Positions 8,329-20,580 of a stretch of 64,000 nucleotides of DNA are shown here, in pieces. The notes beneath the pieces are model-generated. The model made no database searches and was not told where the DNA came from. It saw only the letters and a list, made by a program, of their open reading frames with translations. The position numbers and the translations under genes were made by a program. Positions within the stretch are counted from its first letter, which is position 1. Every line of letters begins with the position of its first letter. Source of the DNA: an uncultured delta proteobacterium (GTDB lineage: Bacteria > Desulfobacterota > Binatia > Binatales > Binataceae); NCBI GenBank assembly GCA_963711565.1, contig CAVQEQ010000004.1:1571293-1635292 (forward strand). The letters run 5' to 3'.

Positions 8329-9897
8329 TCAATAACGCGACGCACGGCGGGTGACTGGGCCATCGTCGCTGAGCATGATGTGCGTCAGTGTTTGCTCGTC
8401 GTGGTTCATGCGCCATGACAGGAGCTTTTGTGCGTACTCCAAAACTTGCGGCGCGTACGAGGCGTCGTTCGCGAGGTTCGTGAACTCGCCCGGGTCCTTT
8501 TGCAGGTCGAAGAACAGCGGCGGCAGATTTGTGAAATGAACGTACTTGTAACGCTCGCCGCGGATGATGTTCATCGTGCACTGATGCATCGTGAGACCGA
8601 GCGCGCGCTCGGCCGAGTCGTCGCCCGGATCGCGGAAGTCGTACTCCCAGTGCGCTTCGGTCCGCCATCTGGCGGGACGGCCCGCGCCCTCGAGGAACGG
8701 CGCGAGTGATTCGCCGTCGCATTGCACCGGAATGTCGGCGCCGATCGCCTGCAGCATCGTCGGCATGATATCGACGTTTTCGGTGAACGACGAAACTACC
8801 GCGCCGCGTTCAGCGTCGGCATCCGGGCGCGGATCGCGGACAATTAGCGGGATGTGATACGAGCCGTCGAAGTAACCGCATTTGCCGATCAGCCAGTGGT
8901 CGCCAATCTGCTCGCCGTGATCCGACGTGAAGATGATGAGCGTCGAATCCCATCGCCCCGCTTCCTTCAGAAACTGAACCAGCCTCCCAATCTCCGCATC
9001 GACTCTGCTCATCAGCCCGTAGTAAACCGCCTTCAGCCGCCGGAGCCTCTTCTCGTTGTCGGTCGCTACGAAAACTCGGCGGCCTAGCTGATGCGCAAGC
9101 CACGGATGCTGCCTTGCTTCATCTTCCGGCGTGGCCAGACGCCTGAACCCCGGCACCTTCGCGGGATCGTACATCGAGTTGTAAGGCTCGGGCGCGACGA
9201 ACGGCGGATGCGGCCGCAGGATCGACAGGTGCGCGGCGAACGGACCGCTCGCGCTCTTGATGTAGTCGATCGTCCGGCCAACAAGGAACGCAGTGTCGTC
9301 GAATTCCGCCGGATACTTGAGCGGCTTGGGATGCGCCGCGCCGTCCTCATAGTCGGGGCCGGAATCGCGATTGCCGTAGGCGAAGCGAATGTCCGCCGGC
9401 ACCTCGAAACCATGAGCCTTGAGCCAGTCAGTCCAAGGCGTCGGCGCGCCGATCATCAGGCACACGGGGCGGATGCCGGGCAGCGGACCCTCGTAACTCT
9501 TCAGCCACGGATCGCCCGCGTCGAGCCCGCGCGGATCCTGGCTCGTGTCGGTGTAGCCAAACAGGACGGGATCGTAGCCGTGCGACGCGGCCTCCCTGGC
9601 CCAGTTGGTGTGGCGCGCATCGAGTGGAGTGCCGTTGGTGCCGGAGCGGTGATTCTGCAGATACATCCCGGTGTGAAGCGACGCGCGACTCGGACCGCAC
9701 GGGACGGCGTTGGCGAAGTGACGCCGGAAGAGCACACCTTCGGCCGCGAGTGCGTCGAGATTCGGCGTGCGAACACAAGGATGGCCGAGCGCTGAGAGGC
9801 AGTCGCCGCGCCATTGGTCGGCCGTGATGAACAATACATTGAGCGGCGATCCCACGACCTCGGATACTAGCCGCCGGTTCCAATTGGCGTCCAGCAC
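8329..9897 (-). CDS. alkaline phosphatase superfamily phosphonate monoester hydrolase / phosphodiesterase (PMH/PehA-like)
   Basis: NVLFITADQWR, formylglycine motif CGPSRASLHTG, PLDARHTN...GYDPVLFGYT and C-terminal QKLLSWRMNHDEQTLTH match the PMH subfamily pattern. True start may be GTG 9855. Confidence 0.8.
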   Translation of the reverse strand: MLDANWNRRLVSEVVGSPLNVLFITADQWRGDCLSALGHPCVRTPNLDALAAEGVLFRRHFANAVPCGPSRASLHTGMYLQNHRSGTNGTPLDARHTNWAREAASHGYDPVLFGYTDTSQDPRGLDAGDPWLKSYEGPLPGIRPVCLMIGAPTPWTDWLKAHGFEVPADIRFAYGNRDSGPDYEDGAAHPKPLKYPAEFDDTAFLVGRTIDYIKSASGPFAAHLSILRPHPPFVAPEPYNSMYDPAKVPGFRRLATPEDEARQHPWLAHQLGRRVFVATDNEKRLRRLKAVYYGLMSRVDAEIGRLVQFLKEAGRWDSTLIIFTSDHGEQIGDHWLIGKCGYFDGSYHIPLIVRDPRPDADAERGAVVSSFTENVDIMPTMLQAIGADIPVQCDGESLAPFLEGAGRPARWRTEAHWEYDFRDPGDDSAERALGLTMHQCTMNIIRGERYKYVHFTNLPPLFFDLQKDPGEFTNLANDASYAPQVLEYAQKLLSWRMNHDEQTLTHIMLSDDGPVTRRASRY

Positions 9898-9964
9898 CAG
9901 ACGACGCTACTTTGTTTGCACGCGTGCAAGCCTCGTCTAACGATACTCTTTTGCGGGAGGCGCA

Positions 9965-10888
9965 ATGATTCCCTTTGGCGGTAGTCCTCTCAATCGCGCG
10001 AGCGAGAAGCGGACCGATTCTAACTGGATCGAGTCCCGGCGGCGCGATCCGTCTTCGCTTGTGCTTCCGATGTGGCGGCTGGAGCCGTTTATTCTCGGGT
10101 CGGAAAAGTCGGGGCCTCCGGTTGAACTTGGCCTCGTGCGAGCAGGAGTCGTGGATTCGATCGTGGAGGCTGGCGCGCTGTGCCTTTTTTTGGGTCTCGA
10201 CGGCGAGCGTGCGGTATTTGCGATGGACGTCCCTGGAGCCGATGATCCTGCGACCGCGGGGCCGCTCGCGGGCCTTGGATATTTTCGTGACGCGCGCGTG
10301 GCCGCGTCGATCGTCTCGCTCAAGGACGCCGCGATAATCGCGCAGGCGAAGGCGATGATCGATTGGCATCAGCGGCACGGCTTCTGCGCGCGATGCGGTG
10401 CGCCGACGAAAATTATGGACGCCGGTTACCGGCGGCTGTGCGGCCAATGCAAGGCCGAACATTTTCCGCGCGTCGATCCGGTGGTAATCATGCTCGCGAC
10501 TTTCGGCGAGGCGTGCCTGGTTGGGCGCGGCAAACAGTTTCCGCCCGGGATGTTTTCGGCGCTGGCAGGCTTCGTCGAGCCCGGCGAAACGATCGAAGAA
10601 GCGGTGCGACGCGAGCTGATGGAGGAAGCGTCGGTGAAGGTGGGCGAGGTCACCTATTACGCCACGCAGCCGTGGCCGTTTCCGTCGTCGCTGATGATTG
10701 GATGTTTCGCGAAGGCGGAGAGCCGCGACGCCAAGGTCGATGAAAACGAACTGGCGGAAGTGCGCTGGCTGGAGCGCAGCGTCGCGCGCGAGCTGATCGA
10801 AGGAAAACAGATAGACGGTCTGCGAGTGCCGCCGCCGATTGCGATCGCGCATCATCTGATAAGGACGTGGGCGCTTGGTGGCAAATAG
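9965..10888 (+). CDS. nudC: NAD(H) diphosphatase NudC
   Basis: Zn finger FCARCG...CGQC, FPRVDPVVI, Nudix box GFVEPGETIEEAVRRELMEE, TQPWPFPSSLM. Confidence 0.95.
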   Translation: MIPFGGSPLNRASEKRTDSNWIESRRRDPSSLVLPMWRLEPFILGSEKSGPPVELGLVRAGVVDSIVEAGALCLFLGLDGERAVFAMDVPGADDPATAGPLAGLGYFRDARVAASIVSLKDAAIIAQAKAMIDWHQRHGFCARCGAPTKIMDAGYRRLCGQCKAEHFPRVDPVVIMLATFGEACLVGRGKQFPPGMFSALAGFVEPGETIEEAVRRELMEEASVKVGEVTYYATQPWPFPSSLMIGCFAKAESRDAKVDENELAEVRWLERSVARELIEGKQIDGLRVPPPIAIAHHLIRTWALGGK

Positions 10889-11004
10889 GGCTTCGTGTTC
10901 CCGCCGGGACCAGCGGTACTGAAAATCAGCACTGGGGATAGTCCTACAGTTAGTTTCGTTCGGCGCCAACTGCTAGACTCCTGCCGCAGCGGAGGACGCG
11001 CTCG

Positions 11005-11679
11005 GTGGGGGAAATGTTGGCGAGCGACCGGAAATCAGGTCTGTCGGCGGCACTCGTCGCGCTGCTTGCGGCGATCGCGTTCGGCACGGCGGGATGCATG
11101 CTGCCGTTGCTTGGGGCGATTCCGTCGGTAATCAATCTTGTGCACTCCGCTTTCACGTCGGGCAGCAGCACCAAAGACGACGCTGAAGCGAAGAATGCGG
11201 AAGCGGCCGCACCCACCGTAGAAGCCGACGCGCCCACAGACGAGGCGGGCAAGCCACCGCCCAAACTGACCCCCGGAAATATCTGCCAGATGATGGCGAT
11301 TGCGCATCCGGATATGGTGCTGGTCGAGTTGCGCAAGGACGCCGCGGGCGCCCCCGAGTATCGCGAACTTCATCTGCAGAATTCCGCGGACGAAGCGCAC
11401 TGGACCCCTGTCGTTGACAGCGATACAGGCGCGGGCGGCTGGATTCCGGCGGTGAACTTTCTCAAGATGGATTTCCAGCCTCCTTTGACTGACGTGATTC
11501 CGCCCGCTGGGACCTGCTACCTCGCGTATGCGCCAATCGCGATAGACCCGAACAATCCCTACCAGGCAGCGGAACTCAAGTCTGTTGCCGGAGGTCCAGT
11601 GAGCACTTTCTCGTGGGCCGGGCGAACCTACCAATACAAGGTGGCGCCTACCGTGCCCTGCCTTTCTCCATCATCGTAG
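11005..11679 (+). CDS. hypothetical lipoprotein
   Basis: Hydrophobic signal ending AFGTAGC (lipobox-like). No recognisable domain. Confidence 0.6.
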   Translation: MGEMLASDRKSGLSAALVALLAAIAFGTAGCMLPLLGAIPSVINLVHSAFTSGSSTKDDAEAKNAEAAAPTVEADAPTDEAGKPPPKLTPGNICQMMAIAHPDMVLVELRKDAAGAPEYRELHLQNSADEAHWTPVVDSDTGAGGWIPAVNFLKMDFQPPLTDVIPPAGTCYLAYAPIAIDPNNPYQAAELKSVAGGPVSTFSWAGRTYQYKVAPTVPCLSPSS

Positions 11680-11705
11680 AGATCTGTCGGCAACGCCGTT
11701 TCGGC

Positions 11706-14700
11706 TCAGCCAAGTATGATCCGTACGCGATGCGTCACGTTGTCGTCGGCTAGAGCGATTTGCGCCGGCCGTTGCACGAGCGCCTGGCCGTCGAGCTCGA
11801 CGCTGCTCACACCGCGACTGACGCCACGCGGGTTTTCGACCGCGATTTCGTAGCGCGTCGAGCCGTGCCGATAGACAACCTCGAAGCCCGGCCACTTGCT
11901 CGGGATGCATGGATCGATCAGCAACGTTTTGCCGCGGAGACGAAAGCCCAATATCCACTCGAGGCCCGCGCGATACATCCATCCCGCCGAGCCCGTGTAC
12001 CAGGTCCATCCGCCGCGCCCGATATGCGGCGGCGTCGAGTACAGGTCGGCGCACACGACGTACGGCTCGACCTTGTAGCGCTGGATACCGGCGCGGGTGT
12101 TCGCATGATTGATCGGGTTCAGAATCGAGTACAGCTCATTCGCCTTGTCGCCATCACCGAGCATCGCAAAGGCGATGACGGACCATAGCGCGCCGTGCGT
12201 GTATTGGCCGCCGTTCTCCCTGATGCCGGGCGGATAGCCCTTGATATAGCCGGGGTCGAGTGGAGTGTGATCGAACGGCGGCGTGAACAGCAGCACCAGC
12301 CCGTCTTCGCGTTTGACCAGGTATTCGTCAACTGACGCCATCGCCGCGGCGGCGCGGACCGGGCTCGCGGCGCCCGAGATTACGCTCCATGACTGCGCGA
12401 TCGAATCGATTCGGCATTCGATACTGCCGGCCGAGCCGAGCGGCGTGCCGTCATCGAAGTAACCGCGCCGATACCAGTTGCCGTCCCATCCGTCGCGCTC
12501 GAGCGATGCCGCAAGGGCGGTCGCATGATTCCTCCAGGCCGTGGCGCGCGCGTCGCGGCGAATATCCGCCAACGGGGCAAAAGCCTGGAGCGTCGTGTAG
12601 AGGAACCATCCGAGCCAAGTGCTCTCGCCCTTGCCCGCCTCGCCGACGCGGTTCATACCGTCGTTCCAATCGCCCGATCCGAACAGCGGGATTCCGTGGA
12701 CGCCAACCGCGAGGCTTTGATCGAGGGCCAGCGCGCAGTGATCGAAGACTGTGGCGCGCTGCTCGGAAACCGTCGGTTGAAAAAACGACTCTACCTCGCC
12801 GGCATTCAGCTCCGGCCCGTCGAGGAAGGGAACCGTTTCGTCGAGGATGCCGAGGTCGCCGGTCACCTCTATATAATGAGCGACCGCATACGCGAGCCAG
12901 ACGCGATCGTCGGCAATGCGCGTGCGAACTCCCTGTCCCGCAGGCGGCAGCCACCAGTGCTGGACGTCGCCGGCGACAAACTGGCGCGATGCCGCGCGAA
13001 TCAGTTGCTCGCGCGTGATCGCCGGTTGCGCCACCGTCAACGCCATCACGTCCTGGATCTGATCGCGAAAACCGTACGCTCCGCCCGCCTGATAGAAAGC
13101 TGAGCGCGCCCACACGCGGCACGCCAGCGTCTGATACAGCAGCCATCGGTTGAGCATGACGTCCATCGAACGGTCAGGAGTCTTGACCTGCACCGTGTCG
13201 AGCATGCCGTCCCAGTATTGCGTGACCGCGGCCAGCACTGAGTCGAGATCGGCGTCGCGATATTTTTTGACCGACGCGATCGCATCGGCCCTGCTCGCCG
13301 CCTCGCCGAGAAGGAGCACCACCTCGGTCTCGGCGTTGGGCCGGAGCGACACGATGGTTTGCAGCGCCGCGCACGGATCCATCGCGGCGCCGGCCCTGCC
13401 GGACAGCGGCTTGTTGCCCGCAAGCGCGGCAGGATTGTCCAGCGTGCCGTTGCGTCCGAGAAACTCGGTCCGGTCGGCCGTCGATGAATTCTGCCGGCCT
13501 AGCATATCCACGAAGGCAATCCGCGTTCCGTATTCGACGCTGAACGAGTTGCGCGCGAGCACCGCCTGAGTTTCGGGCTCGATCCCGGTGACGACGTACG
13601 GGGCCGAAGCGCCGCGCGAAGTGCCGAGCACCCATTCCACGTAGCCGGTAATCGACAAGCGTCGCGTGCGCGGCGAGAGATTGCGAATCTTCAAGCGCGA
13701 AATCTTGACCGAGTCGTCCACCGGCACGTACTGCGTCAGCTCGAGCGAAATTCCATGCGAAGTGTGCTCGAAGACACTGTAGCCGTGGCCGTGACGAACG
13801 GCGTACGGCGACCCGTCCTCACGGATCGGCAGCGCGGTCGGTCCCCATAGCTCGCCGCTATCGAGGTCGTGAACGTAGAGCACCTCGCCGGGCCGGTCGC
13901 TCACCGGATCGTTTGACCATTGCGTAATCTGATGCTGCTGGCTGTTGATTGCCCAAGTGTAGCCAGCGCCCTCGACCGAGACCTGAAAGCCGAACGAGGG
14001 ATTTGCGATCACGTTGATCCATGGCGCCGGCGTCCATTGTCCCTCGCCGAGAATCGTAACGTACTCGCGGCCGTCCGCCGCAAATCCACCGAGCCCATTG
14101 AAAAATTCGACATCGCGCCGCGGCACCAGAATACTCGCCCGGTGCACGGCCGGCGTTCGCCGCGGCGGCGGTCCTGCAGCCGGCTGGAACACCTCGAGTC
14201 GTTTGACTTGCTCGGACAACGTGCCGCGGCGGCTTAGCAACACAGCGCGCGCCGCGGTCAGCAGAACGCTACGCAACTCGGCCGAAACCAGATCGGCGCG
14301 CAGCACGAACACATTTCCGCATGAGCCCTGCCCGTCGGGCGCGCGCGCCGGGATGGTCCGAACGAGCGCCTCGAGCGCGTTCTGCAAGTCTTGATCGTAT
14401 GACGGGGGCCGCTCGTTCAGGATCACCAGATCAACGCACAGCCGCTTCAGCCGCCAATACTCATGGGCGTGCACCAGCTCGCGCACGATTTCCATGTCCG
14501 AGGTCTCGTCGATCCGAACCAGCACGATGGGCAGGTCACCGGAAATCCCGGCGGGCCACAGCTTCGATTGTCCGCCCTCGCCGCGCCGCAGCAGGTCGGA
14601 CGACGGCCGCAGCGTCGGATCGGAATAGAGCACGCGATTGGCGATACGCTGAAAGAGATGCGCCTGGTCGGCGTCAACGTTCAGGTGATGCAGTTGCACC

Positions 14701-17700
14701 TGCGCCTGCGTCCACGCCAGAGTGACCGCGCGCTCGAAAGCGTTCGAGTCGTGATGCTTATCGACCAGGTCGAGCACTTCGGTCCGTGACGGCGCAACGA
14801 TAGTCCAGAACGCGACGCGCGCGGTCGCTCCCGCGGGGATTCGCAGGCGGCGGCGGACGCTGAAGATCGGATCGAGAACCGTACCGACGGTATCCGACAA
14901 CGGCCGCCCGTCGATCACCGAGACGGCGTCGCGGATCTCGCGCCCACGCCCGAGAAATCGCGCACGGTCGGTCTCGAACTGGATCTCACCGATCGATTCA
15001 CCTTCTGCCACCGCCAAGTGCGCCGCCCATATCGGCGCGTCGGTGGGCGCGCGGAGCCGCCGCGTCGCCAGAATCGCGCCGACTTCGGCGTCGAACTCCG
15101 TCTGCACGAACATCTTGGAGAAGGCCGGATGCGCCGTGTCGGCCGCCGCCGGCGCCAGCACGATTTCGGCGTACGAGGTCACCTCGACCTCTCGCACGCG
15201 GCTGCCGAGATTCGTGATCGACACGCGTCGGACTTCGGCGTCGTCCTCGGCCGACACTGCGACTTCGAGCGTGGTCGTCATGGTGCCGTCGCGGCGCACG
15301 ATTTCCGCGCGGTCCTCGGAGAATTCGACTTCGTAACTGTCCGCCTCGACGCCCGCCGGTTGAAATCCCGCCGACCAGACCTTGCCGCTCTGTACATCGC
15401 GCACGAAGATGTATGTTCCCCACGAATCGCGGGTCACGTCCTCGTGCCAACGCGTGACCGCCATCTCGTGCCAGCGGCTGAAGCCCGATCCGGCCGCGGT
15501 AATCATCACAGTGTACTTGCCGTTGGATAGAAGATGCGTGCGCGGGATCAGATCGTGCGGTGAATGGAACCGGCGAATCGTCGGCGGCGCGTTCTCGCGA
15601 ACGTTGGCTTCCGCCTTGACCTCTTCGGCCCGCGGGCGCGCCACCGCAACGTCGCGCGGCGTTCGCTCCTGCAGCAGCAGTTCGGTTGCCTGGATGATCG
15701 GCTCGAGGTGGAACCGCGCTCGCATCGCGCCGTCGTTCAACGCGTCGGCCAGCGCAACCAGCGTCATGCCCTGGTGATGCGCCATGTAGGCGCGCACGAT
15801 CGCGACGTTCTCGCCCTCGGGCACGCGCGACGGCGTATAGTCCAGCGCCTCATACCAACCGAAATGGCCGAGGCCGCCCGCGGCCAGCAGCCGCGCGAAG
15901 TTCTGCACCGCGGCCTCGGGATCGACCATCGCCGCCAGCGCCGTCGCATAGGGCGCGATCACCGCATTCTCGCTCAACCCGCGCTTCAGCCCGAGTCCGG
16001 GCACGCCGAAGTTCGAGTACTGATAGGTGAGCTCGAGATCGCGCGCGTTGTACGCGGACTCCGAGATTCCCCACGGCATCCCAAGCTCGGCGCCATACTT
16101 CATCTGCCGCCGCACCACCAACCGATTGGTTTGCTCGAGCAGGCTGCCGGCCGGTGCGCGCATCACCAGAGAAGGCATCAGGTACTCAAACATCGAGCCC
16201 GACCATGAAATCAGCGCCGAGCCGCGATCGACCGGCGTCATCGCGCGTCCCAGGCGGAACCAGTGCCGCGCCGGGATTTCCCCCTTCGCGATCGCGACGA
16301 AGCTCGCCAGCCGCGCCTCGGAGGCAAGCAAGTCGTAGCAGTTGGGATCGAGGCTGCCGTCGGTGACGCGATATCCAATCGACAGCAGCTGGCGCGCGGG
16401 GTCGAACAGGAAGTCGAACTTCATCGCGTCGAGCATCTTGCCCGCGACCGCGGCGAGTTCCGTCAGCCGCCGCTCGAGCGCGATGGCCGCGTCGCTCGCG
16501 CGCGCAACCGGAACCCGATCGAGCGCCGAGTCCCGGCTCGCCGCGTTATTATATAGGTCCGGCAGATCGCCCAGCGTCGGCACCGCGTGGGGCGTCGTCG
16601 CACCAGCATCCTGATTTGCCAACGGCTTCAGCAACTCGACGTCGCGTTGATGACTGCCGATGCACGCTCGCAGCGCCTCGGCCCATGCGAGCACCTCGCC
16701 GGAAGGGAAGTCTGCGCGTTCGAGCGTCAACGCGCGCGCGATGTCTGTGATTGAATCGCTGTGAGACGCGAGCTCCGTCAGCCACGCCGTCATCTCCACC
16801 ACGGTCCGCGGCTCCGACTGCGTCAACGGCGCCATCGTGTCGAGCACTTCTTCGAGCTGCTTTGGCGTGACCGTGTAGCTGCGCCGGTCGGCGGTCAACC
16901 CTCGAAGCGACTCGCGAACGAGTGCGATCGAATCCTCGATGCCCTTGAGCCAATCCCGCTCCACCACCGGCCGCGCGACCATCTCGCGACACGCGTTGCC
17001 CAGCGCGATTAAATGTCCCGCCAGATTGCCGCTGTCCACCGACGACACGTACTTGGGGTCGAGCGGCCGCAGATCGCGCGTGCCGTACCAGTTGTAGAAA
17101 TGCCCGCGGAACTGCTCCATCCGCTTCAGCGTGTCGAAGGTCGCGCCGAGCCGCTCGACGGTCTCATGCGTCCCGATCCAGCCGAAGTCGTGCGCCGCGA
17201 CGATCGACAACAGGTACAAACCTATGTTGGTAGGCGACGTCCGATGCGCCAGCACCGGCTTGGGGTCTTCCTGAAAATTGTCGGGCGGGAGCATATTATC
17301 TTCCGCAGTCACGAACTTTTCGAAGAAGCGCCAGGTGCGGCGAGCGCTAAGCCGCAGCGCGGTCGTGTCGCCGAGCGAAAGCACCTTGGCGCCCTCGGTC
17401 GGCGGCGGCATGCTTGCCCATCGCGCTATCGCCGGCGACAGCATCCACAACATCACGAATGGGATCGCGATTAATCCGCCGCCACGGCCCGCCCACGCGA
17501 CAACGACGGCGACGATCATGCCGAGCGCCAGCCCGCCGGCCATCGTCGCGTAGAACCCGCGGACATCGAGGCGCGTCGTCCGCTTTGCCTGCGCCGCCGT
17601 CGTCCACTCGAGCATCAGCCGATGACTCACGTACAGGCGGTAGAGCGTTCGCGAAATCGCGTCGATCATCAGCCACGCCTGATGCGCCAGTAGGGTCAGC

Positions 17701-20415
17701 ATCATCGCGAGCTGCGAGAGCCCCGACACGAAATCCTTGCCCACGGCGAGAATATGACTGCGCTTAGAGATGTCGCGGCGTCGCGGGATGATTCCGGTCA
17801 CGAACGGAAGCATCGGCGCGGTCGCGATCGTCGCGACGATGAACGCGGTCCAGATTGCGGCGGCGAGCGGCGGCAGCGTCCATCCAGCGACCAATGTCAA
17901 CAATACGAATGGCGCCGACAGCGTGCGGCGCAGGTTGTCGATCATTTTCCAACGGCCGAGCGGCGGCATCGTCGAGCGGCCGTCGCGCGGCTGCGACGCG
18001 GCCGGGGCGGGATTGGAACCGTGCGCGCGGCCCAGGATCCACGGCAAAAGTTGCCAGTCACCGCGAGCCCATCGATGCTGCCGGGCGGCGGCAACGTCGT
18101 ACCGCGAAGGAAACTCCTCGACCAGTTCGATGTCAGAGACCAGGCCCGAGCGCGCGAAAGTTCCTTCGAAAAGATCGTGGCTCAGAAGCGTGTCGTCCGG
18201 GACGCGGCCCGCGAGCGCCGCCTCGAACACGTCCACATCGTAAATCCCCTTGCCGCTGTACGAGCCTTCATCGAGAAGATCCTGGTAAACGTCGGACACG
18301 GCGAAGGCATACGGATCGATTCCCGCGGCGCTCGAGAAGACGCGCTGGAAAACTGAGCCGTCGCGCCCGGTCGGCAGTGACGCCGTGATTCGCGGCTGCA
18401 GAACTCCGTGACCCTCGATCACGCGGCCGAGCTGCTTGTCGAATCGCGGCGCGTTCAGCGAATGCGCCATCTTGCCGACCATCCGCTTGGCGGCGCCGCG
18501 CGGCAGACGCGTATCCGCATCGAGCGTGATCACGTAACGCACGCCGTCGGGGACCGTCGGCGGACGTCCGTCCGACGCGACGAACGTGATATCTGTCGCG
18601 CCGCGCAGCAGCCGATTCAGCTCGTGCAACTTGCCGCGCTTGCGCTCCCATCCCATCCACACGCCTTCGGCTGCGTCCCAGACGCGATGGCGATGGAGCA
18701 ACAAAAATCTCGGCGGCCGGCCCCGCTCCGTGACGTTGATTCAGTCGCGCGATTCCGGCCGTCGCTGCGGCCAGCAGATCGTCGTCGCCGGGCGCGGTTT
18801 CTGTGGCGGAGTCGATCCAGTCCGACAGGAGCGCGAAATACAGCTCGCCATCCGGACTCGCAAGGTAATGAACCTCGAGACGCTCGATCTGCTCGTCGAT
18901 CTCGGCGCGCGTGGTCAACAGAGTCGGCATCACGACGAGCGTGCGCAGGTTCGCCGGCACTCCGTCGTGAAGCTCGAGCGCGGGAATCACGGCGGGACCG
19001 ATTACGGTCGTCACGGCGCGATTCACCAACGCGACCGCCGCATCCATCGCCGGAATTATCGCGAGCATCGCGAGAATGAGCCGGGTCAATCCGCTGACGC
19101 TGGCGTCCACAATTGCCAGCAGCCCGCATGCGACGATTACCGCAGTGACGACCGCGATGGTGCCGAGATAGCCCTTGATCCCGGCCGCCGCATTGGCGCG
19201 AGCGATCCAGTCGCGCACCGGCGCACGAAATCCCAGCTTAGCTTCGAGCGCGTGACGCCCCTCTGAAATCAGGTAGTAGCCGGGATGATGCTCGCGGCGC
19301 GCCACCACGCCGTCGTTGGGCTTTGCGGACGCCGCGCTCTTCGCCGAATCGATCGCGCTTTGTGCTACTTCGGTTTCGGTGTGCCCTGAACCCAGCGCGA
19401 GTTTTTCGATCGCATGCCGATAACGATCGCGCGTGGCAAAATCCATCGCGGCGAAATCGCTGTTGGCGCGCAGCACCGCATCGACCGCGCTCACGCTCTC
19501 GAAAAAATCCGCCCAGTCGACCGCCGACATCAGGCGCATGCTCGTGATCACGTTGCGGACCGTCACGTTCATCGCGCCCTGCCCCTGGTGCACTTCGCGG
19601 ACGATCTCGTCGGCCGTGGTTCCCTGCGCCGCGAGCCGCTGATCCAGCCAAGTGAGCGCCGGCGCCACCTTGGCGTCCTGGTCGCGCAGGCGTTGAACCA
19701 TTTCCACCGCGAACGCCGCCGGCACCGGCGACCGATCGAAATCCTTGAACACAACGTCCGCCGCTTCCGCCTCGCGGCCGTTTGCTCCCAGCAGCCTGTC
19801 CGCCATCGCGTCGGCTCGCTGGCGTTGCACACGGCTGCGGCCAATCAGTTCAGCGGCGCGCCGCAGATTTTCGACCAGCACTATCCGAAGCGTGATGGCG
19901 ACCGCCCACAGCTCGCCGATCGTGAGCGGTTGCACGTGCTGGTAGGCCTGCACGAACCTCGCCAGCGTCTGCGTGTCGAAGTGACTGTCGGTATGCGCGA
20001 TGTAGGCCCACGCGATCCCGAACACGCGCGGATATCCTTCCAGCGGACCCTCGGCGAGCTTGGGGAGTTGACGGTAGAATCCGCGCGGCAGGTCGTCGCG
20101 AATTTCGCGAATCTGCTCTTCGACGACGTGAAAATTATCGACCAGCCATTCCGCCGCCGGCGTGATCGCACGCTCCTCGCGGATCGCGCCCGCGATACTC
20201 CGATAGGCCTCGAGCAACACGCGTCCGTTGTCGCGCACCCGCGGCGCCATCGGCCTGCCGCGCCCCGGGCGGTCCGTGACGCGCTGCGCGACCGCCAGCG
20301 TCTCGCCATGCTGTTCCAGTCGTTCGACGCTGAACAGTTCCGCTCTGATCGGCTCTTCTGTGTGTGCGAAACCAGGGGCAGGTGGCTTAGGCGCGCGAAG
20401 AAATAACAGGCTCAA
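11706..20415 (-). CDS. ndvB: cyclic beta-1,2-glucan synthase (Cgs/NdvB/ChvB; GT84 + GH94 phosphorylase domains); frameshift near 18708
   Basis: EPIRAELFSVERLEQH, PAAEWLVDNF, WMGWERKRGKLHELN, YVITLDADT, LLSHDLFEG, RQHRWARGDWQ, GDWNDGMN, ENGGQYTH, GGWTWYTGSAGW. The two ORFs (18268-20415 and 11706-18704) join as ...GPA-x-RFLLLHR. Confidence 0.93.
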
Positions 20416-20580
20416 ACTTGCCTCTCGATCCGGACGGCCGGCTGCTGGATGAACTAGATCCGAAATGCGCAGAGTGACGAGCGCAGCCCGATGCGGGGAA
20501 CGATCGTGTTAGTGCGTCGCGCGAGTATATCAGAACGCGCGCGCCAAGCCTCGCCAGAAGCCCGTCCAATCTGCCACCTT

